IMG/VR virus record: IMGVR_UViG_3300028549_001513
Source of the DNA: a virus
Direction: 5' to 3' (one strand)
Length of the DNA stretch: 64,000 nt
Part shown: one piece after another, positions 14,368 to 24,290 of the stretch
How positions within the stretch are numbered: the stretch's first letter is position 1
Layout: each line of letters opens with the position of its first letter
Position numbers and translations under genes: made by a program
Notes under the pieces: model-generated
Database searches by the model: none
What the model was told of the DNA's origin: nothing
The model's input: the letters and a program-made list of their open reading frames with translations, nothing else

Positions 14368-15285
14368 GTGAAAACAAAGAATTACGAACACTTGCTACAA
14401 ATGCGAATGGACGTAAAAGATTTACTTGAGTATCGTAAACAGTTGGAAACAAAGAGAACGAAACTTGAAAAAACAGGTAATCTTGAAAAATTAGCCCGAA
14501 TCAACAAACAATGCGACGTCATGGACGAAGTATTCGAAGCAGTATGGGCCGCAACAATGATGGAGATGGTACCCGAATTCAGAGCTCTTACGGGCGGTGA
14601 CTTTGACATAGACACATTAAAAATTGCATTGCCTCAGTACGCAAGTACTAATATTACGGAAACAATGCCTATTGAAATTCGATTTGAAGAAGCAGAAATT
14701 GTCGAACACACTCCAGTGCAAGCGACTAGCGAATTCATGAAGGAAATCGAGAAGATGTTGTCACGTAGTTTTACGAAGACAATTGAGCCCGCTATTAAGG
14801 TTTACCTTAGTGGAACTGGAAAATCGCTGCCAGCTGCTGAAGCTTGGAAAGAGATTAAAGATTTATTGACAAACAACAAGCTTATTCCTACTTGGGATCA
14901 GCATATTGCCACTCAATATAGAATGTATGGCCCTGTTGCGGCATATAATGCAGTAAAAAAGCATTTGCCTAAATGGGATGTTATCGAAATCGGCCACCTA
15001 GTGGAAGATGCGCTAACGAGAGCCATTCATGGAGACAAGTGCACTGAGCGGGAGGCTAAACACCTAAGAGCAATCTTAGATCAAAAGCTAACTAGAGTTG
15101 GTGTGCAAATGTACAAAGAGGATGAGGAAAGTATTCGAATCGCAAGAGAAATTTTAGGACAAGGAACGCCTCAGAGAACTATCGAGCAACAAATCGGCCA
15201 CATTGCATATGGACTAGTTCCATACAATCGAGAGCTGCTTGAGAAAAAATCTCCACGTAAACCCTATGTTGAAAAAGGGTATTAA
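14368..15285 (+). CDS. hypothetical protein (305 aa), GTG start with strong SD
   Basis: AAGGAGG(14355-14361) lies 6 nt upstream of GTG 14368. Confidence 0.75.
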   Translation: MKTKNYEHLLQMRMDVKDLLEYRKQLETKRTKLEKTGNLEKLARINKQCDVMDEVFEAVWAATMMEMVPEFRALTGGDFDIDTLKIALPQYASTNITETMPIEIRFEEAEIVEHTPVQATSEFMKEIEKMLSRSFTKTIEPAIKVYLSGTGKSLPAAEAWKEIKDLLTNNKLIPTWDQHIATQYRMYGPVAAYNAVKKHLPKWDVIEIGHLVEDALTRAIHGDKCTEREAKHLRAILDQKLTRVGVQMYKEDEESIRIAREILGQGTPQRTIEQQIGHIAYGLVPYNRELLEKKSPRKPYVEKGY

Positions 15286-15326
15286 TAAGATTTTCAACGA
15301 GTAAATAATATCAAATTAAATACGAA

Positions 15327-15725
15327 ATGTTAAAAGATCTTATCAATCTAATGTGGTACTTATGTGTATTCTTTGTTGGTTTCATTATCAACAACGAAGA
15401 AGCAAAAGCCTACGTTACACAGACATACCGGTCGATAGATGTCGACATAGGACGGGCAAGCATACAAAATGGAGTTAAATCCACATTTGTATACAAAAAA
15501 ATCCCAGAGGTCAAAAAACAAATCGAAACAGAAGGTGTCATGTATTATGGGGGCCAATTAGGCCCAATCATTGTACACGGGCAGCGGATAGTTTCACAAA
15601 ACCAAGAAACAATCGAAACAGCAGAATCATTTGAAGAGGTAGAGCCTCTTGAATGCCCGATTGCCTATATAGAGGTAGCTCCTCTTAATACGCATATTCC
15701 TGAAACGATAGTTTTAAATACATAA
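15327..15725 (+). CDS. hypothetical protein with N-terminal hydrophobic segment
   Basis: ORF track. LINLMWYLCVFFVGFIINN. Confidence 0.65.
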   Translation: MLKDLINLMWYLCVFFVGFIINNEEAKAYVTQTYRSIDVDIGRASIQNGVKSTFVYKKIPEVKKQIETEGVMYYGGQLGPIIVHGQRIVSQNQETIETAESFEEVEPLECPIAYIEVAPLNTHIPETIVLNT

Positions 15726-15729
15726 CTGT

Positions 15730-16095
15730 ATGACACCACAAATTCAAAAAGTCCGCATGTTAAGTGCGAGATTAAGAAGGCTCAAGCGAGCCAAGCTAGA
15801 AGTCGCGGAAGTAAGATATACTCTGATCTTAGGAGATGAATTCCTTTGTAAGCCGCTAGATGAATACCTAGCCCGAATCGACGGGAAAATCGATATGTAC
15901 AAAAAAGAAATAAAAGGTGTTGTATATACGATTCCAAACTATGACAAAACGAAGCACATTGTGATTGAGTATTTGTCCGAAGAGGATACTAAACTAGAAA
16001 TGATTGATATCTCTTTGGCGGGAGATAAAACTGCATTTCTAAACCTGGAAACAGGAGAGATAACCATTAACGAAAGCTATCCAAAACAGGGCTAG
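15730..16095 (+). CDS. hypothetical protein (121 aa)
   Basis: ORF track. 4-nt spacing to the upstream gene. Confidence 0.65.
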   Translation: MTPQIQKVRMLSARLRRLKRAKLEVAEVRYTLILGDEFLCKPLDEYLARIDGKIDMYKKEIKGVVYTIPNYDKTKHIVIEYLSEEDTKLEMIDISLAGDKTAFLNLETGEITINESYPKQG

Positions 16096-17810
16096 TTGAA
16101 ACAGAGACCGCGATAAGCGGGAGGACAATGCTTATCAATGTCGGACACATAGAAGACATTAACTATGTAATCAGCATTACTCGGTCGGTAGAGAGCAGGA
16201 GGCTGTTAAAAAATAATCCAAAGTAGCTACCAAGCGCACAAAAATAAGTCGACCTGTTGTGCCTCAGTTAAAAGGCAGATAAAGTTAAAGAGGATCAACC
16301 TCAAGTGTTTAACAATTTAAAATGTAGATTCCCATGCAACTTGCATAGATACGGAATTAATAAATGCGACAGGGGGCTGCCGCTATATAAAATGCCCAAA
16401 CAAAATGACATGGAGGTAGACGTAGCCGAAGCCTCGATCCTTGAATGGAGAATCTCGTGAATCGGCAAATGCATGGAGAATAGCATGCCAAAATCCCCAC
16501 GGTTTAAGCTTCTAGTGAATCAGAAGTAGGATTGGTGCCTGGGCTCTGGAACCCGTTAAACGCAAACAATCAAGGCGAAAGCCGAGTTAGACTTCTTAAA
16601 AGCAGCCACAGTGGTAATGGAAAAAAATACCACAAACAAAATAGATATGAAGGACACTGAGGAAGACCCGAATTCATATACTCGCCTGAATCAAAACAGG
16701 ACAAAAACTCTGAAGTGCCATTAATAATGTAAGTCTAAGGAGTTATCGCTGCAAAAGTATACCTATGAAAGGGTATAGCTAGCACAATAGGCGATATAAT
16801 TGCAGACAACAATGCAATAAATTGAATAGCCATTCAAGTGAGTTCTATACTCAGTCTCCTGTAGGGGTAATGGAATTCGACCTGTCGAGTTTTACTAAAT
16901 TTTATGACAGACGAAAAAGATGGAAAATTAGACCCACGCGTCACAGTGGTTAAAATGTATTGCGAAAACTAATTTGCTTAGTAAGATATGCGTCCAGCGT
17001 TATTAGGAATATATCAAAAAGAAGTCGAACGCCGCTAGTTCGCATCGCATAAAAGTAAGTTCTCTCAGTTGAGATGCGCTGAAAAGACGAAAACGTCAAT
17101 GCAAAAGTCCTTTTCTGACGGTTAGGAACCTAAGCTTAATAGCTGGTCGTCTAACGAATAAGGCCGAAAGCAAGCCAGTCCAAATGGTACACAAAGCAGA
17201 AATGCCCCTTGCTTGGGATATAAAAAATTGTCACTAAATAGGAGAAGGCAATAGTCAGTAGATCAAATTACCTTAAAATATTGCGCGGGATTCGAGTACC
17301 GCCACAGGATCTTTAGAACACCATGAATCATTATCCATAGGAGCTAATACGAGGGTCGCTAAATCAGTTTCTTTGTCTATTCTTTCAACAAAGTAATAGC
17401 TAAAACAATGTCTATGTAGCTAAATGGCCAATCATGAAGCACGCTGTCTTACAAGCAGCCCAACGATAGACGATACGTAATAAGTGGAGCAGCCTACTAT
17501 TACATTAATTTCGCATTCTAAGTCGTTTTAAACAACTCTAGGATAAAAACAAGTCAAACCCTAAGCAATCAGACAAAGTATCGTTAGAGAGCTTTAAAAT
17601 AGCCTTCACGGGCGCAATACCGAACTAATAACTGTAGTGGGCGAAAAACCTATAGCTTAATCGTAAATTAGGTGTTTATTTCGACAAGGAGTGTAACCAT
17701 GTCGACAAGGTTAAATGTAGCTAGTTCCTTATGAACGCCTATCAGATATTATCAAATAATGTCAAAGGTTCAACATTCTAGCAGTTATCAAAACCCAGTA
17801 TTAAATCAAT
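16096..17810 (+). ncRNA. 1.7-kb ORF-free GC-enriched island, candidate large structured RNA (strand not established)
   Basis: No plus-strand ORF of 60 aa or more, and one implausible 61-aa minus ORF. Sample line 16501-16560 is 28/60 G+C. Hairpins CCGC-GATAA-GCGG (16108-16120), TATACC/GGTATA (16758-16777), CGAAC/GTTCG (17026-17042), CGCATC/GATGCG (17041-17078) and GCGG/CCGC (~17284-17303). GNRA-type GAAA loops. Direct repeat TCGACAAGG x2 (~17671-17709). Confidence 0.35.
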
Positions 17811-17826
17811 TAAAAAAGGAGGAAAA

Positions 17827-18297
17827 ATGTCTCAAAAAGTAAACGAAACCGCAGCGCGGCTTTTCTTAGGTGCAAATATTTTCAGCATTGTTGCTGCAGA
17901 TGTAGATGCAACTCACAAATCAAAAAACGCTAACGAGCGTATCGAAGTAAAGGCAAAACTTTACACGTTGAAAACAACCGAGGTTAACGAGGTTAAACGT
18001 CGCAAGGCGCCAGGTGGAGCAGATGTTGCTATCATCAATGGAGGAGCAGATGCAATAACTATGCCACTGACTCAAACTATTATTAATGACGCATCGAAAT
18101 ATAATGCAGAAGAATTGGGCCAATCGCCTCAGTACTTCGGTGATTATGATATCGCTGCTGATTTCTGCAATGCAGGTAATACTGCAGAAATTATTCGCTT
18201 GGAAACAATTATCGAAGATGCTAAAGCGCAAGTGGTAGCATTGAAAGATGTAGTAGCGGCAAACGACCGCAATCGCGAATTTTACAGAGTAGACTAA
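17827..18297 (+). CDS. hypothetical protein (156 aa) with strong SD
   Basis: AAGGAGG(17816-17822) lies 4 nt upstream of the ATG. Contains motif copy 3 at 17908-17921. Confidence 0.75.
   Translation: MSQKVNETAARLFLGANIFSIVAADVDATHKSKNANERIEVKAKLYTLKTTEVNEVKRRKAPGGADVAIINGGADAITMPLTQTIINDASKYNAEELGQSPQYFGDYDIAADFCNAGNTAEIIRLETIIEDAKAQVVALKDVVAANDRNREFYRVD
17908..17921 (+). repeat. conserved 14-mer GCAACTCACAAATC (copy 3 of 3), inside a CDS
   Basis: Identical to 4037-4050. One mismatch to 9719-9732. Confidence 0.6.
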
Positions 18298-18329
18298 TCT
18301 GTTGCATTAGCAACTAATTCATATTCAAT

Positions 18330-18860
18330 ATGAATAAGCAAAGATTAGACGCAAATGACAAAGCACGTTTACGTGAAATGGTCATAGCGTATATGAACCC
18401 CCCTAAGAATTTTTCAATAAATAACAGGGGCGAAGTGTCAATTAGCTTAAAAGCTATGATTGTAAAATATCTCTCAGGAGAAGAAATTTACAGACATGAC
18501 TTTTTAGGGGTAACCCAAGGCATAATGGATGCTATTATGGAGAAAAAGGAAGGAATTCCTTATGTCATGCAATTACTGGGCAAGTCAATTGGTAGCCTAA
18601 TCGAAACCAATGACAGAGCACAGGTCATTAAAACACTTTACCTTGCACATTTAACAGATGAGCAACCTGGTGAAATCGGATATCAAGGAGGCGAGTATCT
18701 CGAAAGAGAGCCTAGCATTATGATTGAAGAAAGAACGGTCTTTAGACCAAAAGTATCACGTAGCTTCAGCTCTTTTTTGAGCAGAAAGCAGCAGGCAATG
18801 GAAATTGCTGAAAGTTTAAATGCGGCTGACGTGGTAATTGAATTTGAGAAAAAAAGATAA
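18330..18860 (+). CDS. hypothetical protein (176 aa)
   Basis: ORF track. Confidence 0.7.
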   Translation: MNKQRLDANDKARLREMVIAYMNPPKNFSINNRGEVSISLKAMIVKYLSGEEIYRHDFLGVTQGIMDAIMEKKEGIPYVMQLLGKSIGSLIETNDRAQVIKTLYLAHLTDEQPGEIGYQGGEYLEREPSIMIEERTVFRPKVSRSFSSFLSRKQQAMEIAESLNAADVVIEFEKKR

Positions 18861-19004
18861 TACGACTCAAAATAAAAAAAGTAATTATGATGGATAACAC
18901 CTTAAAAATCCAGATAAGGTACATTTGGGTAACACTGTATGTGTACTGAATGACGGTGTCATGCTTATAAATAAAAATAATAGTCAATTTGTCTGAAAGT
19001 ATAA

Positions 19005-19038
19005 CACAATACAGTCCTGTAACAAGGATTGTATTGTG
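19005..19038 (+). other. 14-bp hairpin in an intergenic region
   Basis: CACAATACAGTCCT(19005-19018)/AGGATTGTATTGTG(19025-19038), with one G.U pair and a 6-nt loop. No T-run follows. Confidence 0.4.
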
Positions 19039-19143
19039 ACTATATACAAATAAAGAAAGTGATTTCAATATTTGACACGGGTAGATTATATTTCAGGATT
19101 ACACTAATTAACAAAGAGTATCAATCCAAAATATATAATCAAT

Positions 19144-19596
19144 ATGACAATCAAAAAAACAACACCAACAACTTTCATTCAAAAACGTGATTCATTAGTA
19201 AAAACAATCAAACAGGATTGGGAACGTATTTATTCGAATAATGTATTCCCTAGTGGCATGCAACAAAAATTCGACTTGAATGCAGTTTACAAGTCAATCA
19301 TTAAATCCGAAACCGAGCTTGTAAAAGCTAAAGTTACCATTCAGGCCATTAATATGGGTTTGAAAAAACTATCGGAACTTCCAGAAGACTGCGTATTTCC
19401 TTCAATTTTTACTTTGCAACAGATAAAGGAGCGAATTATCAAATTGGAGCGAATCCCAACGAAAAAAGATGAAGATGAGAACATTGCTCTAACACGCAAA
19501 TTTGTTGAATCTGAATTAATTAAGTTGAACGCCGAAAAAGAAAAAATCGAGATGGAACTCGAAGAGTATAACGACAACACAAATTTCGAAGAATAA
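19144..19596 (+). CDS. hypothetical protein (150 aa, coiled-coil-like C-terminus)
   Basis: ORF track. Confidence 0.7.
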   Translation: MTIKKTTPTTFIQKRDSLVKTIKQDWERIYSNNVFPSGMQQKFDLNAVYKSIIKSETELVKAKVTIQAINMGLKKLSELPEDCVFPSIFTLQQIKERIIKLERIPTKKDEDENIALTRKFVESELIKLNAEKEKIEMELEEYNDNTNFEE

Positions 19597-19597
19597 T

Positions 19598-20431
19598 ATG
19601 ATATTATTTCTATCAAAAAATTTAACAGCTCAACAAAAAGAAAAAATAGCAAATGCATTATTTGATGCAAGCGCCGTAATGCCATATTATGCCGACTACC
19701 AAAAACAAGTGACAAAAATTATGGAGGCAGAAGGAGATATAAGACATCGACACTATATAAAAATAGAAGGCGATGAACTTATTGACACAGAGGCAAAAAA
19801 AAGAGATGAATATCTTAAAAAAATGAAAGACGCTTTTGGCGAAAAATGCATTTCAAAAGTATTCATGGGTAGAGGCTCAATATTCCTTGGAGAGAGCACT
19901 CTCGATAAGCCAATTCTAATTGACAATTTTATATGGGAAGATATGGATGCATTATCTAGAATAAACCCAAAAGAAAAAAATGCAGAAAAAGTAATTATTT
20001 GTGCATTAGGACAAGTAGAGGATGAGGCAAAAGGAAAAGTTTCAATTGAAATAGATTTCTCTGACGAAGATATCGAAACCCAATTAGTTAAAAAGCTAAA
20101 GTCTGATTCTAAGATAGAAATGTCAATAGAAGAAGCATTGGCGGATAACGAAAAAGTCAAGGAAATTGGTCAAAAGAAAATTGACTATATTAACCTAGAC
20201 TTTCATGCATCTACACCAGATCCAACAGAAGAATTTCCAGCAGAAGAGGAGATTGAAGACGGTGGAGAAGAATTAGCCCCGGCAACTGGTATAGAGGCGG
20301 CTTTAACGGAAACTGGAAGAAGTTTGTATGAACAGATTGCAGACCAACAGGTGCGAAACGCATTTAATAATACATACGTAAGAATGATGAACGGAAGTAT
20401 GCGTTCACATGTATCTAGGCGTGCAGCATAA
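19598..20431 (+). CDS. hypothetical protein (277 aa, acidic)
   Basis: ORF track. Starts 1 nt after the upstream stop. Confidence 0.7.
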   Translation: MILFLSKNLTAQQKEKIANALFDASAVMPYYADYQKQVTKIMEAEGDIRHRHYIKIEGDELIDTEAKKRDEYLKKMKDAFGEKCISKVFMGRGSIFLGESTLDKPILIDNFIWEDMDALSRINPKEKNAEKVIICALGQVEDEAKGKVSIEIDFSDEDIETQLVKKLKSDSKIEMSIEEALADNEKVKEIGQKKIDYINLDFHASTPDPTEEFPAEEEIEDGGEELAPATGIEAALTETGRSLYEQIADQQVRNAFNNTYVRMMNGSMRSHVSRRAA

Positions 20432-20436
20432 ACAAA

Positions 20437-20499
20437 TAGAAGCAACGGAGAATGCCAATCTGACAAATTGGTAGGAGGGTCCAATCCCCTCGCTTTAAC
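20437..20499 (+). tRNA. truncated tRNA-like element lacking a normal D arm; anticodon loop CTGACAA (GAC, Val)
   Basis: Acceptor TAGAAGC/GCTTTAA (6/7 paired). 11-nt connector. Anticodon stem CCAAT/ATTGG. 3-nt variable region. T arm GAGGG-TCCAATC-CCCTC. Confidence 0.35.
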
Positions 20500-20760
20500 A
20501 AATTAAACTAGGCAGTCGAAGAAGTAAGATAATCGAATAGGCCACGAGCGCACGTGAAACAAAGTGTGAAGCGAATTATTTTAAATAAGTAAAAATAAAA
20601 GCAGTCTAATTGGACGAAGTATTCAGTCCGCCTAATTGGAACAGAATAGTCAGACAAAACCCGGTCTTCGCGGGCTGACAACCATTGCAATGGTGCGGAA
20701 GACCAATACAAATCATATCAAAGAACTATCAGAGCATACTTAACTTTTAAAAGAAGAGAA

Positions 20761-21327
20761 ATGCTAATAGAACTAGATTTGGACGAGGCTAAACGCCTCA
20801 AAATTACAGTAAATCAGTTCATTCTAATTAAATTAATAATAGAAAAGATAGATATCAAATCGTTAATCAATGTCGTCCGCATTGACGAGTCTGATATTGT
20901 TAATTTAAAAGAACAAGGTATATTAACAAGTGAATCTAGCTTAAATCTAGAAGCAGAATCTAATTTAGTAGTAACAGAAGAATTTATAAAGAAGTTTAAA
21001 GCAAAAGACTTTTTTGATGAATTTTTCGATATCTATCCAACCTCAACAATAAGGCCAGATGGATTAAAAGACTACTTAAGAGGAGATGTCTCTAGATGCA
21101 GGAAATACTATTCAAAAATAGTAGGTAAAAGTAGGGCTAAGCACGAAAGAATGATAGAGAGTCTTAAATTTGAATTAGCAACAAGAAAGCAGTCCAATGG
21201 AATGCAGTATATGAAGAGAATGCCTAAATGGTTATTATCTGAAGAATGGTTGTTATATGAAGAGTTTATAAAAGACAAAACGGTCATTAAACAAGCAGAA
21301 GAAGTTTATGGTACAGGAATCGAATAA
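20761..21327 (+). CDS. hypothetical protein upstream of the helicase (possible loader or initiator; position only)
   Basis: ORF track. Overlaps the helicase gene by 20 nt. Confidence 0.65.
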   Translation: MLIELDLDEAKRLKITVNQFILIKLIIEKIDIKSLINVVRIDESDIVNLKEQGILTSESSLNLEAESNLVVTEEFIKKFKAKDFFDEFFDIYPTSTIRPDGLKDYLRGDVSRCRKYYSKIVGKSRAKHERMIESLKFELATRKQSNGMQYMKRMPKWLLSEEWLLYEEFIKDKTVIKQAEEVYGTGIE

Positions 21328-22291
21328 AAAGACTCTAACCTATAGACACATTTCAACTGCTACAAACGAAATTGTTAAATACATTCATGATAGAAGAACA
21401 CATAAGGTAAAGTCTTTAGCCACTAGATGGCCTAAGTTTAACCGCCTAGCAATGGGCGGAATAGAGCCAAATGTGATTTATACTATAGCCGGAATTTCTG
21501 GCTCTGGTAAATCTTCTTTCGTAAATACACTTGAAACTGATCTGATTGATCTAAATCAAAATGAAGACGTAGTCGTATTATCATTCTCTTTTGAGATGCT
21601 GTCAAGTAGACAGGTAGGCAGAAAACTGTCTTATAAGATGAGAAAGACAACGTCGGAGCTATACAGTGCTACAGGGCATGGAGTAATTAGTGACGAAGAA
21701 TGCCGAGCCGTGGAGGCTCAGGCCAAGACTATAATGGACTATCCAATATATTATGTAGACACGCCAGGAAATGTTACTGAAATAGCAAATACAATAAAAT
21801 TCTTTCAAGATACACTTGCAAAAGGTAAATGGTTAGTAGTAATACTAGACCACACGTTGTTAATACGTGGTACAGCGAGTGAAAGTGAAAGATCAATTAT
21901 TGTTGATTTAGAAAAAGAACTTATAGCCGCCAAAAAAGTTGGTAAGACGTCTATAATACAAATATCACAAATGAATAGAAACATTGAATCGCCAGAAAGG
22001 CTAAACAACAGTTCTATGCATTATCCTCAACGCAGCGACTTGTCTTCAAGTGATGCTGTTTTCCAGGCCTCAGATTATATTATTATAATTCACAGACCTG
22101 AAGTACTTGGACTGCTAACTTATGGCAGCAAGAATCTACCCGTAAAAGATTGCATTTATTTGCACTTCTTAAAAAATCGTGAAGGAGAAGTAAAGATATT
22201 GAAATTTATCAATGACTTGAAATATAACAACCTGAAGGAGCCGGAAATAGAAGAGGAAATACCAACAGAAGAAATTAAAATAAATACATAA
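21308..22291 (+). CDS. DnaB-like replicative helicase (RecA-like C-terminal domain)
   Basis: Walker A GISGSGKSS. Walker B VVILDHTLLI. SQMNR (DnaB SQLNR-like). SDAVFQASDYIIIIHRPE. Confidence 0.75.
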   Translation: MVQESNKKTLTYRHISTATNEIVKYIHDRRTHKVKSLATRWPKFNRLAMGGIEPNVIYTIAGISGSGKSSFVNTLETDLIDLNQNEDVVVLSFSFEMLSSRQVGRKLSYKMRKTTSELYSATGHGVISDEECRAVEAQAKTIMDYPIYYVDTPGNVTEIANTIKFFQDTLAKGKWLVVILDHTLLIRGTASESERSIIVDLEKELIAAKKVGKTSIIQISQMNRNIESPERLNNSSMHYPQRSDLSSSDAVFQASDYIIIIHRPEVLGLLTYGSKNLPVKDCIYLHFLKNREGEVKILKFINDLKYNNLKEPEIEEEIPTEEIKINT

Positions 22292-22303
22292 AGAATTATT
22301 AGG

Positions 22304-22837
22304 ATGACAAAAAATATTAAATTCGCAGTAGAGTTAGCAGAAGGTTCAACAGGTCGTTTTTACAAACAAGGTCTAATGGATAAGGTTATTAATAAATACC
22401 CTTGGCTAACAGTTGCAGGATTAGATGACCCATTCACTTTGAAATCAGGCAAACCTCTACGTGGAGTAGAATATGCTGGCGCAGGCAATGTACTAACATT
22501 TGGAACTGCAAAGAATCACGATGTGAATTGGGTTCAACGCGCAGACTACGCACGCGAAAGAGGTTACGCGCCTGTACTTGATATCGTAAAAGACTGGAAC
22601 AAGATTACAGCAAAACTCGATGCATTTGCAGCAGAACGTAAACCAAAACCTGTATATAGCAACAGCTATTACATCCAACCAACAGCCTCAACATTCTATG
22701 TTAATGGTCAAAAAGTAGAAGTTTTCGAAAATTTCTTCAAAATTGGCTATAACATTATCCCAAGAACAAAATGTGGCTGTTACACTAGCACCCAGCTAGA
22801 AGCAATCAAACAGGTTGTTATTACAATTAAATACTAA
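22304..22837 (+). CDS. hypothetical protein (177 aa)
   Basis: ORF track. Confidence 0.7.
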   Translation: MTKNIKFAVELAEGSTGRFYKQGLMDKVINKYPWLTVAGLDDPFTLKSGKPLRGVEYAGAGNVLTFGTAKNHDVNWVQRADYARERGYAPVLDIVKDWNKITAKLDAFAAERKPKPVYSNSYYIQPTASTFYVNGQKVEVFENFFKIGYNIIPRTKCGCYTSTQLEAIKQVVITIKY

Positions 22838-22927
22838 TTTTAAGTTGCGCAGGCAAACTAAAAGTAATAACAAAAATTTTCAATCATTATCAAATCGTAT
22901 CAATAGTAAGCACTGTGCCTATGGGCC

Positions 22928-23671
22928 ATGATAAACTTACCAACAATTAAAACAAAGCCCAAAGCAACAAATCCTAAATTCTTAGTTTATTTCGGAAAGC
23001 CAAAAAGTGGAAAAACAACGATAGCGTCAATGTTAGATAATAATCTAATCACTGACCTTGAAGATGGAACAGACTTTTTATCTGCGTTAGTAGTTAAAGC
23101 TACTACTGTAGAAGAGTTATCCGAAATAGCAAAGAATATAAAAGAGGCAAATGCAGAAAAAGGAGGATTCGTATACGACTATTTAACGATAGACAACGGA
23201 ACCAAATTGCAGGAACTAATAATGGGATTAGCGCTAAGACTCTATCGTGAAACACCGATGGGGAAAAACTATACAGAAGACGTAAGAAAACTACCAAATG
23301 GTGCTGGATATTTATATATAAGAGAAGCCTTTTTCAAGGTTATTGATTTGTATAAAACACTAGCTAAGCACTTTATTTTAATCTGTCATACTAAAGACAG
23401 TATTATAAGTAAGGATGGTAAAGAGCTTTCAGAAATGTCAATAGATTTAATTGGGCAGCTGGCTAGATTAGTAGCCGCAGACGCAGACGCAATTGGATAT
23501 GTCTATAGAAAGAAAAATCAAACTATTATTAATTTTAATGGAGGGGGAGATTTCATTGTAGAGGCTAGACAAGAGCACCTAAGGGGAAAAGAAATAGTAA
23601 TTGCGGAATCCGATGAGGACAACAAAATAACTACCTTTTGGGATAAAATTTACTTACCAGATAACGAATAG
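22928..23671 (+). CDS. RecA-fold P-loop ATPase (Sak4/AAA_24-like)
   Basis: N-terminal Walker A GKPKSGKTT. hhhhCHTKD Walker B-like strand. About 250 aa and immediately upstream of the SSB. Confidence 0.55.
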   Translation: MINLPTIKTKPKATNPKFLVYFGKPKSGKTTIASMLDNNLITDLEDGTDFLSALVVKATTVEELSEIAKNIKEANAEKGGFVYDYLTIDNGTKLQELIMGLALRLYRETPMGKNYTEDVRKLPNGAGYLYIREAFFKVIDLYKTLAKHFILICHTKDSIISKDGKELSEMSIDLIGQLARLVAADADAIGYVYRKKNQTIINFNGGGDFIVEARQEHLRGKEIVIAESDEDNKITTFWDKIYLPDNE

Positions 23672-23674
23672 GAT

Positions 23675-24274
23675 ATGATATTTTCAACAGAACAAGCCTT
23701 CAATATCGAAAAGAATGACAAATCTTTTCTAGAGGGAGGCATACACGAAGGTGTAAGATTAACAGGGGTTAGAAACGAGAAATCGACAAACGGAAATTCT
23801 TTTATAGAGTTTGAGTTTAATAAAAACGGAGCAGTATTAACACACACTGAATGGGAGCCCACTAAAAGAGCAGACCAAACAGATGAAGAAATGGCTTCTA
23901 AAGTAAACAATCAAGTAGCTAGAGTACTTCAGATAATGAGTGTATTCTACGATAAGGCCACATTGTCAAACTTTACCGCAACAACATTTGCGCAATTCGG
24001 TATATGGGTAAAATCATTACTAGATGCAGCAGATAAAACAAAATTACTTAGAATAAAGGCGATTTACAATCCTAATGGATTTACTTCATTGCCTAAATAT
24101 GCAAAGTATACATTTATTGAATCTATGGACGTAGAATTGGCTGATACTAAAATTAAAAAATTAGGCATCGACACATTTGAAAGGCCAGAGCAAGGAGATA
24201 AAGAAGTTGCAGCAAAAAGCTCAAGCGAAACTTTTACTTCAACACCAATACCTTCATCAGACATTCCGTTTTAA
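23675..24274 (+). CDS. ssb: single-stranded DNA-binding protein-like, with canonical SSB C-terminal tip
   Basis: The C-terminus ...SSDIPF* matches the bacterial SSB D-I-P-F tip. A disordered Ser/Thr-rich linker precedes it. Sits in the replication module. Confidence 0.6.
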   Translation: MIFSTEQAFNIEKNDKSFLEGGIHEGVRLTGVRNEKSTNGNSFIEFEFNKNGAVLTHTEWEPTKRADQTDEEMASKVNNQVARVLQIMSVFYDKATLSNFTATTFAQFGIWVKSLLDAADKTKLLRIKAIYNPNGFTSLPKYAKYTFIESMDVELADTKIKKLGIDTFERPEQGDKEVAAKSSSETFTSTPIPSSDIPF

Positions 24275-24290
24275 TTAAAATAAAGTTAGT

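Noticed and set aside
16096-17810. Stop-codon reassignment (TAG or TGA recoding as in some crAss-like phages) hiding a gene in the ORF-free islands.
   Set aside because: In the frame I translated across the whole island, TAA, TAG and TGA all recur frequently. The 4797-, 2063- and 1852-codon ORFs read through in the standard code. I checked only one frame exhaustively by hand.
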